DNA from: a virus
Lineage: Duplodnaviria; Caudoviricetes
DNA: 64,000 nt
Virus record (IMG/VR): IMGVR_UViG_3300031867_000002
Span: 96,001-160,000 of that record
Reading direction: 5' to 3' (one strand)
Position numbers and translations under genes: made by a program. Below are positions 1 through 10,403 of this stretch, piece after piece (the first letter of the stretch is position 1; each line of letters starts with the position of its first letter). The notes under the pieces were generated by a model that was not told the DNA's origin, did not search any database, and worked only from the letters and a program-made list of their open reading frames with translations.

Positions 1-242
1 CAAGAAAGAAAAGCCTTAGCTTCTTGAATAGCTTCAGAACCAGATGTAGCATAAGATGCCCAGTAGCAACCCTTTGGAATACCATACCTTTCACAAGCAG
101 CATAATATTCTTCAAAGCGTTCATCTTTTTGAGAAGTAAGTCTACCATATCCAGCTCTGATAATAACAAAATCTACTTGTCCTTTGAGTTTGGAAAAGTT
201 AATACTACCATTCCATTTAGAAATATCTACGCCTTTAAGCAT
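1..242 (-). CDS. GH25 muramidase (endolysin), N-terminal part; runs off the window edge
   Basis: Manual translation from ATG at 242 (SD AGGAGG upstream): MLKGVDISKWNGSINFSKLKGQVDFVIIRAGYGRLTSQKDERFEEYYAACERYGIPKGCYW. The GVDISKW, FVIIRAGYG and D.RF motifs are typical of GH25. Not in the ORF track. Confidence 0.9.
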   Translation of the reverse strand, partial: MLKGVDISKWNGSINFSKLKGQVDFVIIRAGYGRLTSQKDERFEEYYAACERYGIPKGCYWASYATSGSEAIQEAKAFLS

Positions 243-277
243 ACAAATACCTCCTTTAATATTTTAATATAATGTTA

Positions 278-304
278 GAGAGACCCGAATTAATGGGTCT
301 CTCT
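278..304 (-). terminator. Intrinsic terminator-like hairpin
   Basis: AGAGACCC...GGGTCTCT inverted repeat directly after the 1334-aa ORF. Confidence 0.65.
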
Positions 305-308
305 TATA

Positions 309-3300
309 TTAACCATTGTGTTCGAGTTCACTTACTCTTCTTTCAAGTTGTTCAATTCTATATATTAATTCAGCAATACATGTTGGTGTAGGATAACTTG
401 GTGTATCAGAACCAGATGGTTTATATGCATTAACTTCTCTTTCAAAGAATTCTTTAGTACATAATAATCCATCATTATTGATATACATTCTTGAAGGATA
501 TACAGTTCCTCTTTCTAAAGTATAAGTAAATTTTTCTGGGTCAGTGCCGCCATTTCTTCTTTGAATAGAACTAAATCCTTCTGTTTCAAATACTATTACA
601 CCTCTATTATTTAAAATTCTTGTATTATTAGTTATACTAGTATTAGGATATCCATACCCATAATAAAAATTATATATATTGTGCTTACTATCATATTCAG
701 CATTATGGTCATGATAGTTTTTACTAGATTCTGGGAACATATTTGCATCATGTTTATTAGCGTCATCCTGAGTTATACTATCATTTATATCTACTTTACT
801 ATTTATATTTTGTCCAGAATCATCGAAATATTTATTTAAGTCTTGTTTAATATTTATAAGAGAGTCAGATAGTATGTCTATTGTCTTATTGTTATTAAGA
901 GCTAATAGCATTGTATTCCAATTAATCTTATCTACATCAATATCTGAAATATTACCATTTATAGACAATAGTACTGGATTTAAAGGTTCATTATCTGTTA
1001 TAGATACTCCATATACAGATTTATCTCCAGTCTTAGTTATTGTAATATTTATAGCATCATCTGATTTATATTTTTCTGTAATATCTTCATTTGCTGTAAT
1101 TCTTTCTGGATTATCTTTATCTGCTCTTATAGGTTTAACAAGGCTAAATCTATTATAAGAGAATATATTTTTCTTATCCATATCAGATTTTAAATACAAT
1201 GATGAATAAACTGTAACTTTGTTATTATTTTCGTCTATAAATTTACCATCACTGTTAAATCCTTTAATCTTCAGAATTTGTTCTTTAGTGTATAGAGTTC
1301 TGTTACATGATGTTGGTAAATAAGATTCATCACTATAGAAGTCTTTTCCTATATCTCTAGTTAGTAAGTAATGATAAAATTCATATATAGATTTATTTAC
1401 ATAATACTCATCTCTAATACCACAACCGTTTATATATTTGAATATCGCTGTATCAAAGCAATCTTTAACTTTTCTATTCTTTAACCATTTATTATAAGAA
1501 TCTACACTATAATCAAAGATTCCGTTTATCTTAGTATCTGATACATATGGTGCCATACAGTTCATTTCAACAGCATAATTATTAGAACCTATATATTCTC
1601 TAAGTTCTTTAATTTTATCTAAGTCTCTACTTACAGCACAATCTACTCTATAGTCTTCTTCAGCTAGATTTACTGTAGTAGAATTACCAAATGATGTGTC
1701 ATAACGAACATATTTAGTTTCATCAGTTACACCATTAGAACCTTCTGGATAATCTACAGAGAATGGATGGAATTTATATCCAACGACAACATCTTTTACA
1801 ATAGTCATCCATCCATTATCGGAACTTACTATGCTATTATATCGTGCTATAGCATCTGATTCAGAAGATGATGTTTGACTAGCATAATAATATAACCAAG
1901 CATTATTAAAGAACGTTTTATCATCGTTATTATTAATACCACTTAAGTCTAATAGCTTTACTTTGTCTGTGAAATAATCATATAGTGCAACAACATCATC
2001 GAATGCATAATCATCATATTTATAACAGTACTTTATTCTATACAGTACATTATCCTTAATGAAATAGTAATAATCTATTCCTATAGGACAAAGACTATTA
2101 AGTTTAAAATTACTTTTTGTTAATTTTGTAACAATAATATCATTGTTATTTTTTTGTATAGTATAGAGTGGACATTCTACACCATCTATTTCGATAAAAA
2201 ATTCATTATTTCTGTCTCCTATATGGTCGCCAGCATAATGAATCTTTCTAGTTATCAATAAAGCTTGTGTAGCTAATTCTACATTGTTATAATCTGGAGC
2301 AGTTTCACCTTTCTTTACATAAGGAGTATCTATTTTAGCCACTCTAATTTTATTAACTAGTGTACATAGATATTTTACATTGTTGGTATTATCTATTATT
2401 AATATACCATTATCTCCACTAATAATAGATTGGCTAGGTCTACATTTATAATCATAGTTTACTCCATCTATATTACATTTTAATTTAGTCTCATCGTTAA
2501 ATTTAAAAGATGTGTTCATAGTAAATGGAGAATTATTTCTACCACAGTATCTATTAAGTAATTCATATGCTAGAATTCTATTTTCTGCATTATCCCAGTT
2601 ATATATACTTATTCTTTTTCTAAATTTATACTTGGTTCTATTAAAAGAATCATGTGATTCTTCTGGGTTAAATCCAGTAAATGTATGAATATTTGAAGAG
2701 TCTATAAACTGTCCATCAGATTCATCAAATAATACATGCTCAAATAATTCTGGATACATTGCAACTACACATACTGGGCTATTATCAAAAGGAGCGTCAT
2801 GGTTATTATTAAATCTAAATGTAACACTTCCAGACTTTGTATTATTAGCTTGTGCTAAAGCATTTCTTTTCATGGTAGCAATATAGTTAGAGTCGTTATT
2901 ACCAAAGAATTCTATAAAACGTTTTATATATTTTAAATTATTGTCAATACTAAAATAATCTTTAGGAGTAAAATTAGAATTTACGTATTGTGAGTTAGAT
3001 ACTATAATAGTCTTTACAACTCTATCTGATGCTGTATTGCTATAAGAAGACCAAGTACTATTATTAGAATCAAATATTTCATTACTTGCATCTTGAATTA
3101 TTAAATGTGCATAATCTCCAATATAGTTATAAACATGAAATCCACGTATAGTATCATCAGTCCAATAAGTTCCTTGCATATTATCAAATACAGTTCCATT
3201 AGCTTTAATGCTAACCCATTCACCATTACATTTTATAGCATTATTATCTAGATATGGCAATACCATAAATTTTTTATTTTCTATATCAAAAGGTATAGCA

Positions 3301-4313
3301 TTTAAGTGCTGATATTCTACATCATCAAAACTGTCGCTATTTAATCCTTTTGCAGTTATTACATACCCATATTTTTGTCTATGCTCTTCATCCAATGTGC
3401 TATAAAATCTGTTTATATAATTCTTTCCAAAAATCGGATTATTTATAAATTCATCATATGATAATACAAATTCGTTTATAAATTTTTCATTAGTAGAGCC
3501 TTCTATTGAACTATAAGTTTGAAAGCTATCTATTGTATCTATGCCTTTATATACATTAAAGCAGTTAGTATGAGGAAATGTAAAGTTTATAATAGCATTA
3601 TTAAGGCTATTTATATCTTCATTATACACATTAGCAACTGGAGTCATATATGTTGCTTGTGGGTCTTTTATGACAGGAATTTCATATACTACATTATCTA
3701 CATCATTACGCATTAAAGAGTATCTTCTATCAGTAACATCTTTATCCTCATTATCTGCTTCAAATTCTACGGCTTCTGCAAATACATCTAAATCAAACGG
3801 GTCTGTAATATTTCCACCTCCATAAATTGTATCTCCAGTAATATCAAATAGTTTAACATTACCATCTGCTCCTGGTCCTACAATAAAGTTTTTAAAGTTA
3901 CTTTCTGAACAAAGATGAATACTAGCATTATCAAAATCGATAATTACCATTACATAATCGCCCTCATTAAATACATCTTTAGTTGCAGGATACGCTTTCT
4001 TTTCACCAATATTATTATCAATTCTTCTTCCAGCAAAGTCATATACATTTTCAAACTTTACTCTAAGAATTACTTCGTCTTCTGTATTTATAAGTAACCA
4101 ATCATCTCCAGCAAAATTATCACTGCCGTTATGTTTATAAAATGGATATGGTACAGCTGCTGTAAATAATTTAATTATCTTACCAGACAGTTTAACTGGA
4201 TAACTTGTATCCATTTTAAGCATATTAACCATTTCAAATATATTATTATTTATAAAATGTTTTCCATAGATATGCTTTAGGTCCATACGTCTATTTAAAA
4301 AGTTAGTCGACAT
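309..4313 (-). CDS. Large hypothetical protein (1334 aa), probably virion structural
   Basis: Long ORF with SD AGGAGG and a late-type promoter at 4339-4351; N/D/Y-rich; ends in a short coiled coil (IAELIYRIEQLERRVSELE). Confidence 0.6.
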   Translation of the reverse strand: MSTNFLNRRMDLKHIYGKHFINNNIFEMVNMLKMDTSYPVKLSGKIIKLFTAAVPYPFYKHNGSDNFAGDDWLLINTEDEVILRVKFENVYDFAGRRIDNNIGEKKAYPATKDVFNEGDYVMVIIDFDNASIHLCSESNFKNFIVGPGADGNVKLFDITGDTIYGGGNITDPFDLDVFAEAVEFEADNEDKDVTDRRYSLMRNDVDNVVYEIPVIKDPQATYMTPVANVYNEDINSLNNAIINFTFPHTNCFNVYKGIDTIDSFQTYSSIEGSTNEKFINEFVLSYDEFINNPIFGKNYINRFYSTLDEEHRQKYGYVITAKGLNSDSFDDVEYQHLNAIPFDIENKKFMVLPYLDNNAIKCNGEWVSIKANGTVFDNMQGTYWTDDTIRGFHVYNYIGDYAHLIIQDASNEIFDSNNSTWSSYSNTASDRVVKTIIVSNSQYVNSNFTPKDYFSIDNNLKYIKRFIEFFGNNDSNYIATMKRNALAQANNTKSGSVTFRFNNNHDAPFDNSPVCVVAMYPELFEHVLFDESDGQFIDSSNIHTFTGFNPEESHDSFNRTKYKFRKRISIYNWDNAENRILAYELLNRYCGRNNSPFTMNTSFKFNDETKLKCNIDGVNYDYKCRPSQSIISGDNGILIIDNTNNVKYLCTLVNKIRVAKIDTPYVKKGETAPDYNNVELATQALLITRKIHYAGDHIGDRNNEFFIEIDGVECPLYTIQKNNNDIIVTKLTKSNFKLNSLCPIGIDYYYFIKDNVLYRIKYCYKYDDYAFDDVVALYDYFTDKVKLLDLSGINNNDDKTFFNNAWLYYYASQTSSSESDAIARYNSIVSSDNGWMTIVKDVVVGYKFHPFSVDYPEGSNGVTDETKYVRYDTSFGNSTTVNLAEEDYRVDCAVSRDLDKIKELREYIGSNNYAVEMNCMAPYVSDTKINGIFDYSVDSYNKWLKNRKVKDCFDTAIFKYINGCGIRDEYYVNKSIYEFYHYLLTRDIGKDFYSDESYLPTSCNRTLYTKEQILKIKGFNSDGKFIDENNNKVTVYSSLYLKSDMDKKNIFSYNRFSLVKPIRADKDNPERITANEDITEKYKSDDAINITITKTGDKSVYGVSITDNEPLNPVLLSINGNISDIDVDKINWNTMLLALNNNKTIDILSDSLINIKQDLNKYFDDSGQNINSKVDINDSITQDDANKHDANMFPESSKNYHDHNAEYDSKHNIYNFYYGYGYPNTSITNNTRILNNRGVIVFETEGFSSIQRRNGGTDPEKFTYTLERGTVYPSRMYINNDGLLCTKEFFEREVNAYKPSGSDTPSYPTPTCIAELIYRIEQLERRVSELEHNG

Positions 4314-4370
4314 ACTGTTTCCTCCTTTACAAGAATCTTTATATTAAAGTTCCACTATTACAATAAAAAA

Positions 4371-4396
4371 GAAACGTGCCATAAGAGGCACGTTTC
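4371..4396 (-). terminator. Intrinsic terminator
   Basis: GAAACGTGCC-ataaga-GGCACGTTTC followed by a U-tract on the minus strand. Confidence 0.8.
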
Positions 4397-4399
4397 TCG

Positions 4400-5185
4400 T
4401 TATCTGGTAAACATTATTTCCATCAGAATCTTATGCAGCTCTAATAAGAATGTCATATTATAGCTTTTATCAATAAATTGTCTGAGACTAATTTTTTCTT
4501 CTTCTGTTAAATCAGATACGCCAAAGTTTCTTCCTATTAAGCGATAACTTGAATTAGAATTGAATTCTCTGTAGCATTCAATAGGAAAATCTTTAGAGTT
4601 ATATCTTTCTCTAATCTCAGTAATATAACTCATAGCAGATTGTAAATCACCTTGTTGAACGTATCTTAGTATATCACATATGATAGACATAAAAGCTTCA
4701 TGAAGATATAGTTTATCATCATTAATACCTTTAATCTGTATATCGTAATCATCTGTTCTTTCATCCCAAAAGAAGTATATTTCTAATCCCATACAATTTA
4801 AGAAGATTGAGTATGTTCCTCTAAGGGTAAAGTGAATGTTAGTAAAATCTGTAATATTTAGTCTTCTTAATACATATAGAGCATCTTTTTTAATAGATAC
4901 AATATCGTCCTCTCTTATATCATTTACTGCTATTAAAGATTTTCTAGCTTCTTCAAAACCTCTATTAATAGCATTAGAATACATAGGATTCTGTTGAAGT
5001 CTACCAATAGCAATTTGACGTTGCAGTTTATTCATCTGAGAATACATTTCAAACTCTTTTGGAGAAATATATCCATACTGTAACAGTATGGATATATTTG
5101 CTTTTGTAATATCGTATTCAAAGATTTCATGAATTAACCATTTGGCTTTTATCGTATATAAAGTTCTTTTATATAACTCGTTCAT
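4400..5185 (-). CDS. Small divergent DNA-polymerase-palm-like protein
   Basis: EYDITKANISIL (motif A-like), KLQRQIAIG (motif B-like), SIKKDAL (motif C-like); only 261 aa. Confidence 0.5.
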   Translation of the reverse strand: MNELYKRTLYTIKAKWLIHEIFEYDITKANISILLQYGYISPKEFEMYSQMNKLQRQIAIGRLQQNPMYSNAINRGFEEARKSLIAVNDIREDDIVSIKKDALYVLRRLNITDFTNIHFTLRGTYSIFLNCMGLEIYFFWDERTDDYDIQIKGINDDKLYLHEAFMSIICDILRYVQQGDLQSAMSYITEIRERYNSKDFPIECYREFNSNSSYRLIGRNFGVSDLTEEEKISLRQFIDKSYNMTFLLELHKILMEIMFTR

Positions 5186-5194
5186 AATAACCCC

Positions 5195-5683
5195 TCATTC
5201 TGGTTCATTCTCTAAACCTCTAGTTCCAAAGTACTGAAGATAATTTTCCATATTATCATCAAACATTTGAATTCCAATCGGCGAGAATTGACCTTCTACA
5301 AAGTTTTCTGTATCGTCTGGTGTATGAGCCACATTACAAGCATAACCATAAGTTTCCATAATATACTTAATAAGTGTCTCTACTACATTAGATGCTGTCT
5401 CAGTAGAAAAGTCTACAAGTATCCAAACGTTCTTACCATTATAAGCTTCTCTAATAAGATTAATAAACTCTCTAAATGCTTCTGGTGTAGAAGCAAGATA
5501 GTTTACATACCACATATCAAACTCATAACAGTTAGTATTACCATAATATTGATTATTACGATAAGGATTAAGATACATAAGTTGTGGAATACACTCAAGC
5601 ATTGTATTAAAATTTACTATAGAGTTTATAACTACTCTGCTTCTACAATACTTCAGTGCGTCTGGGCTACCGAAGATTATCAT
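5195..5683 (-). CDS. Hypothetical protein, DUF488-like pattern; probable paralog of 5696-6265
   Basis: F..WY..YL....EA...F..L......GKNVWIL pattern; SD present. Confidence 0.4.
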   Translation of the reverse strand: MIIFGSPDALKYCRSRVVINSIVNFNTMLECIPQLMYLNPYRNNQYYGNTNCYEFDMWYVNYLASTPEAFREFINLIREAYNGKNVWILVDFSTETASNVVETLIKYIMETYGYACNVAHTPDDTENFVEGQFSPIGIQMFDDNMENYLQYFGTRGLENEPE

Positions 5684-5695
5684 ATAATCTCCTCC

Positions 5696-6265
5696 TTAAA
5701 ACTGATGAAATACAGATTCTTGAATAATTTGTGCATATCCATTATCATACAGAATATTTAAATTATTCATCATGAATTCTGGCATTACAGATTGATTATA
5801 TAATACGTTAGGATTATTCTGGATGTCTAAAGCACTATAAAATACTAGTCCGAATGCTAATCTAAGATAATTGAATAGAAACGTTACTATAGTTCCCATA
5901 TTTGAATTATTGTCAAAGTCAAAATACAATATATAATCCCAAGATTTTTCCATCAATCCAGCTACGAGTGCAATTATATATTCTACTACATCTTTATCTT
6001 CAGTAAGTTTTGCTTTATAAAGATAATAAAATTGGTCATAATTACCATCTATCAAATAATCCATAGCTCTAGGCGGTGGTAATAAGATAGGCGCACATAA
6101 AAAGTCTTCAATTCCTCTAGGACAAAAATCATCTATAGATATGACTTTGCATTTTGGAGCATCAATTCCTCTACTCTTATATGCAGCTACTTTAGTATTC
6201 ATTCTTGTTTGTAGAATGAAAGTTAACTCGTTAGGGTTTGTTGCAAATGAAATGTTTCCAATCAT
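5696..6265 (-). CDS. Hypothetical protein, DUF488-like pattern
   Basis: LLPP...F...YKAKL...V.EYI..L pattern; start placed at ATG 6265 after GGAGG. Confidence 0.4.
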   Translation of the reverse strand: MIGNISFATNPNELTFILQTRMNTKVAAYKSRGIDAPKCKVISIDDFCPRGIEDFLCAPILLPPPRAMDYLIDGNYDQFYYLYKAKLTEDKDVVEYIIALVAGLMEKSWDYILYFDFDNNSNMGTIVTFLFNYLRLAFGLVFYSALDIQNNPNVLYNQSVMPEFMMNNLNILYDNGYAQIIQESVFHQF

Positions 6266-6345
6266 AATAAATTCCTCCAATATATAATATTATAGGTAAG
6301 TTGAGACAAGTGTAGTTTTTGCCCCAACTTACCTATTGGGTTCAA

Positions 6346-8583
6346 TTACTTACGTTTCTTATTACGTTTACCCATATTCTTTTGAAACTTTTGTTGTTGT
6401 TTTTTAGACATTGGGTGAGTATTATATTCATAAATCGAACCAGCTGTATTAGTAGGAACTGTATAAGTGTCATCATCAATACTATCATCAAATACATCAT
6501 CTGCCACATTTCTTTCTGTATTCTCCTCAGAAATCGTCTCTGATTTATTTAATAGAATCTGCATAATTTCATCATCGATACTATCATCTGCCTCAGACGG
6601 AGTAGCTTGAAGTGCCTCTTCAGTATCAAAAACATCATCAACACTTACAGTTACACAATAAGATAATTCGGCAAGGTCTTTACTTCTGGTGAGTGTTACA
6701 GTCTTTGTCTTATCTGTGTTATAAGCTGCTTTATCAGCATTATTAAACATGATATCCATTTCTTTAATCTTATCCCTAAAAGCAACAAATGAGTTAGCTC
6801 TATTATAAGTCATAGTACCACTCAAATTAACATTAAATGGATAATCTTCAAATACAATTACCATTACGTTTCTAATAATGTCATAGACATCTTTATAGAA
6901 AGTATAGGAGTCTTGCCCAGGTGCTTCATCATGAAATGCAAATCTATAGCATACCGTTCTAAAGAACATTACCACAGATTCCATAAATGATAATGTGTTC
7001 TTTACATTGTTGATAAGACGACAGAATGCTGCGAAGTTATTACAGTATTCATAAGAATCATCTTCATTTTCTTCGGTATACATATCTGGGTATACTTTTT
7101 GTAAAAGTTTAGCAACAAGAGTATTATCATTGTCTGTACACAGGTCTTTATCAGAGATATATCCTGGTTCATACATGTTTAAATCAAGAGTTGCAACAGA
7201 AACTTCTCTAAACAGATTCATAGCATTTTCCATAGTAATATAATCTGTTTGATTACTACTCTTTTTCTTAAGAACACTAACAACCTTTTCGATATAACTA
7301 GCATCATAGTTATTAGTCTCGTAGTCTACTACAACATCTATAGCAAACTTATCAAACATTCTAACCGCTTCTTCTACTGATAAAGACTGTTGACTGTCAA
7401 TATCATAGAAGTGTTCTACTACTGGAGTAAAGGGAACTACAGGAGTTTTCTTTTCTACAATAGTAGGGCTTACTGTAACAACAGGCTGTTTAGGCTGTTT
7501 CTGTTCAACAACCTTAGGTCTTACGGAAGATTCAGGTTCTATAAGACCAGTCTCAGGATTATAAACACCAAGTACAACATCTTTAAATCCGATGTTTGGA
7601 ACTTTAGTATCTGGTTGAGGTTCATTAAAGTTAATAACCTCTTTAGGTCCTCTGAATCTATTTCTCTTGCTGTTAGGATTCGCATAATTACTTTTCCCAC
7701 CAACTTCTCTTACAGATTCGACTTCTCCAGTCTCCAGATTTACAACTTTGAATTTCATACTAATTTGCTCCTTTTCTGTTTTTTGTTGATAACCAACTGC
7801 TTGTAAAAGTTTGGAGATATCTTCTCCATCTTTCTTTGCGAGTGTTCTAGCAAAATGTGTTCTACCACATTCACTACAAACAATCATATTAAAACCCTCA
7901 TCATAATCTAACGTGCCACCGCATATCTGACCATTAACGACATCACGACAGAATCTTTTCGAGGGGTCTAATACATACATAGTAGGATAGTCCAATAACA
8001 CTGGACCGAATCCATTTCGATATCCCCAGTTCTTCATAGAACGAGTGCCGATATCTTCAATACCGATATCATTATTTCTAATCTTGAAATAAAGGATATC
8101 ATAAATATCTTGTGCATACTTCTGAAACTCTTGTACACTTTTAATAGGAACAATCTTCTCTATTATAGACAGAGTTCCACAAGGAGTCACATCAAATATC
8201 TTACAACAAAAAGGTTTTAATACATTTTGATTTACAAGCTCTCTAAGATTACTTGTAAAGCCTACTTGGTCTGTTGCTACTTTAGCAACTATTCTATCAT
8301 CGTAGATACACTCATAGGCTCTTCTATTAGTACCTCCTCCTATAAGTTTAAAACCTCTTGCTTCCATTAATTCGCCTATAAGACGATACTTTTCTTTTAC
8401 ATTACAATTTAAACCAGGTGACATAGCTAACTTGTGTAGATATGCTACGTCTTGTAATGTAAAGTAACTTAGTAATGGATTTACAGTATAATTGTCAAAC
8501 CATTTAATATATTCTTGTTGAAGTTTAGATATACCAATAGTATCTTTCTTATAGATATCAACAAGTTTATTATTAACTTTCAT
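6346..8583 (-). CDS. Protein kinase-like domain + Zn ribbon + long C-terminal region
   Basis: Gly-loop IGGGTNRRAY, VAKVA lysine, helix-C Glu (NLRE), catalytic loop EDIGTRSMKNWG, LLDY (DFG equivalent), then C..C/CSEC. Confidence 0.75.
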   Translation of the reverse strand: MKVNNKLVDIYKKDTIGISKLQQEYIKWFDNYTVNPLLSYFTLQDVAYLHKLAMSPGLNCNVKEKYRLIGELMEARGFKLIGGGTNRRAYECIYDDRIVAKVATDQVGFTSNLRELVNQNVLKPFCCKIFDVTPCGTLSIIEKIVPIKSVQEFQKYAQDIYDILYFKIRNNDIGIEDIGTRSMKNWGYRNGFGPVLLDYPTMYVLDPSKRFCRDVVNGQICGGTLDYDEGFNMIVCSECGRTHFARTLAKKDGEDISKLLQAVGYQQKTEKEQISMKFKVVNLETGEVESVREVGGKSNYANPNSKRNRFRGPKEVINFNEPQPDTKVPNIGFKDVVLGVYNPETGLIEPESSVRPKVVEQKQPKQPVVTVSPTIVEKKTPVVPFTPVVEHFYDIDSQQSLSVEEAVRMFDKFAIDVVVDYETNNYDASYIEKVVSVLKKKSSNQTDYITMENAMNLFREVSVATLDLNMYEPGYISDKDLCTDNDNTLVAKLLQKVYPDMYTEENEDDSYEYCNNFAAFCRLINNVKNTLSFMESVVMFFRTVCYRFAFHDEAPGQDSYTFYKDVYDIIRNVMVIVFEDYPFNVNLSGTMTYNRANSFVAFRDKIKEMDIMFNNADKAAYNTDKTKTVTLTRSKDLAELSYCVTVSVDDVFDTEEALQATPSEADDSIDDEIMQILLNKSETISEENTERNVADDVFDDSIDDDTYTVPTNTAGSIYEYNTHPMSKKQQQKFQKNMGKRNKKRK

Positions 8584-8597
8584 ACTCTCTCACCACC

Positions 8598-10289
8598 TTA
8601 GAAACCTATTGCCATTAACTCTTCATCTGTCATACTATCATCTGCAGATTTACATTGAGTATCAACAGCTACATCAAATTCCTGTTGAGATATAACTTCT
8701 CCTGTTTCATCATCTACAGTCATGAAGCCGACGGTTCTTTGTTGTGGTATTACTTGTCCATTTGCATCCAGTTTAACACCATTCATTGCAAGTATTTCCT
8801 CCTTTGATAATGAAGCTGGATTAGATTTGTTATCTGGAATGAACATATTTGGAGTAGAGATTTGCGGTGTAACAATCTTAGTATACATTACTTGGTTTTC
8901 AGGTTTATCAAAATCTTCAAGAGTGAGACTCTGTATATCAGGCTTTGGGAAAGTAGGATGATAGTTAATATCCATCATCATATTACAACCTAAATTACCA
9001 CTATTTACTTTCTCCATAAACACTCTTCTTTTAACTTCATATTCTTGCTGAAGCTTCTGATGAACTGCTGGGTCATTCTGCATTTCTTCAGGTGTAGATA
9101 TGAGTCTCTTATAATGAAGGTCTCTTTCAAAGTCATAACTTAAACTAAAGAAGTTAGACTTATTAGCATAATCTAATTCACAATGACAGCATTTCTTAAG
9201 AATGTCATTGAACTTCTCTCTTGAATAGCTTGCTGTAATGAGAGCTCTATTAATAAGCTTTTCATGTTTCTTCCAGTCTACTCTCTCGTCTTCATAACGA
9301 GTATACATTTCTGCATCGGTTAATCCTTCTGCTTTCCATCCTTCCCATTTAGCTATATTACCGAAGTAGTCCTGATTGAATAAACGAGCAAATGTCTGAT
9401 TGAATCTTTCTTGTTGACGCATTGCATTATGAAGTTGCTGGATTTCATAGTTTCTTTTATTATCTTCTGCCATAGTATGAATCTCGTAAGACTGACCATT
9501 TTCATCTTTACGGCATTTAAATTCGTTAACAACTTCACCTGTTTCAACGCATACTACCTTGAAACTAATACTTCTCTGGAGACGATATCCGTTAGCATCG
9601 TATACATCATATACTGTCTTTGTACCATCATCTCCGTAGAGTTCTTTTCTTCTTTCTTCTTCAGCTCTTTGACGAGCCTCAGCTTGTTCTTTTACAATAT
9701 CATCAGCTGATTTAAACTTAAACTGTTCAATCCATTCAGCATCTTCTTTGGTTGCAATACCACTCTTAATACCAAGATTAAAGAACATATAAGTTAAACC
9801 TTCTTCTTTTTCACGCTGTTGTTCTAACATGTTATAGTAATCCTCAAGGTCTCTTTCATCTAAGAAAGCATAAGGATTAATATTGTAAAGACGCATACCA
9901 GGGTGTTGATTATACATCATAACTCTTCTGTCAATATTCTGATTCCAAACGTTTCCAAAGAAACCATTTTGTTGGAATAGATTCATTGTTTGTGGTGACA
10001 TAGCACCTCTTCCTACAGAAGACAGATTACCTTCCCATGGTGCTTTAAAAGTAATCTGATTTGTATTTCCATTTTGTGGTTGATTTGCATAATTGACAAC
10101 GATACCACGATTATCCTTGTCTGCATCTACTGAGATAAAATCTCTCAGTTCTTCGTCTTGAGATAATAACATATTTACCTCTTCATCATTCATAGAGTTG
10201 AGCTGATTCATAATAGCTTGACTTTGTTGTTTAGTTACACCAGCAGCTCTACGAAGATTTTGCATACGAGGGTCATTCTCATTAATCAT
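8598..10289 (-). CDS. Hypothetical protein (563 aa, Q/N/E-rich)
   Basis: Long ORF, SD, first gene after the early-type promoter at 10346-10353. Confidence 0.6.
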   Translation of the reverse strand: MINENDPRMQNLRRAAGVTKQQSQAIMNQLNSMNDEEVNMLLSQDEELRDFISVDADKDNRGIVVNYANQPQNGNTNQITFKAPWEGNLSSVGRGAMSPQTMNLFQQNGFFGNVWNQNIDRRVMMYNQHPGMRLYNINPYAFLDERDLEDYYNMLEQQREKEEGLTYMFFNLGIKSGIATKEDAEWIEQFKFKSADDIVKEQAEARQRAEEERRKELYGDDGTKTVYDVYDANGYRLQRSISFKVVCVETGEVVNEFKCRKDENGQSYEIHTMAEDNKRNYEIQQLHNAMRQQERFNQTFARLFNQDYFGNIAKWEGWKAEGLTDAEMYTRYEDERVDWKKHEKLINRALITASYSREKFNDILKKCCHCELDYANKSNFFSLSYDFERDLHYKRLISTPEEMQNDPAVHQKLQQEYEVKRRVFMEKVNSGNLGCNMMMDINYHPTFPKPDIQSLTLEDFDKPENQVMYTKIVTPQISTPNMFIPDNKSNPASLSKEEILAMNGVKLDANGQVIPQQRTVGFMTVDDETGEVISQQEFDVAVDTQCKSADDSMTDEELMAIGF

Positions 10290-10403
10290 TATCCGATTCC
10301 TTCTTTCATTTTAATTTTGAGAGTAAGCGTCTCTCTATTACATAAATAATATATGATTCAACTTACTATTAAATTATTGTACAGAAGGGAGTAGATTCTT
10401 AAT

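Noticed and set aside
24-272. 82-aa + strand ORF
   Set aside because: Antisense to the GH25 endolysin, which has SD, promoter and family motifs
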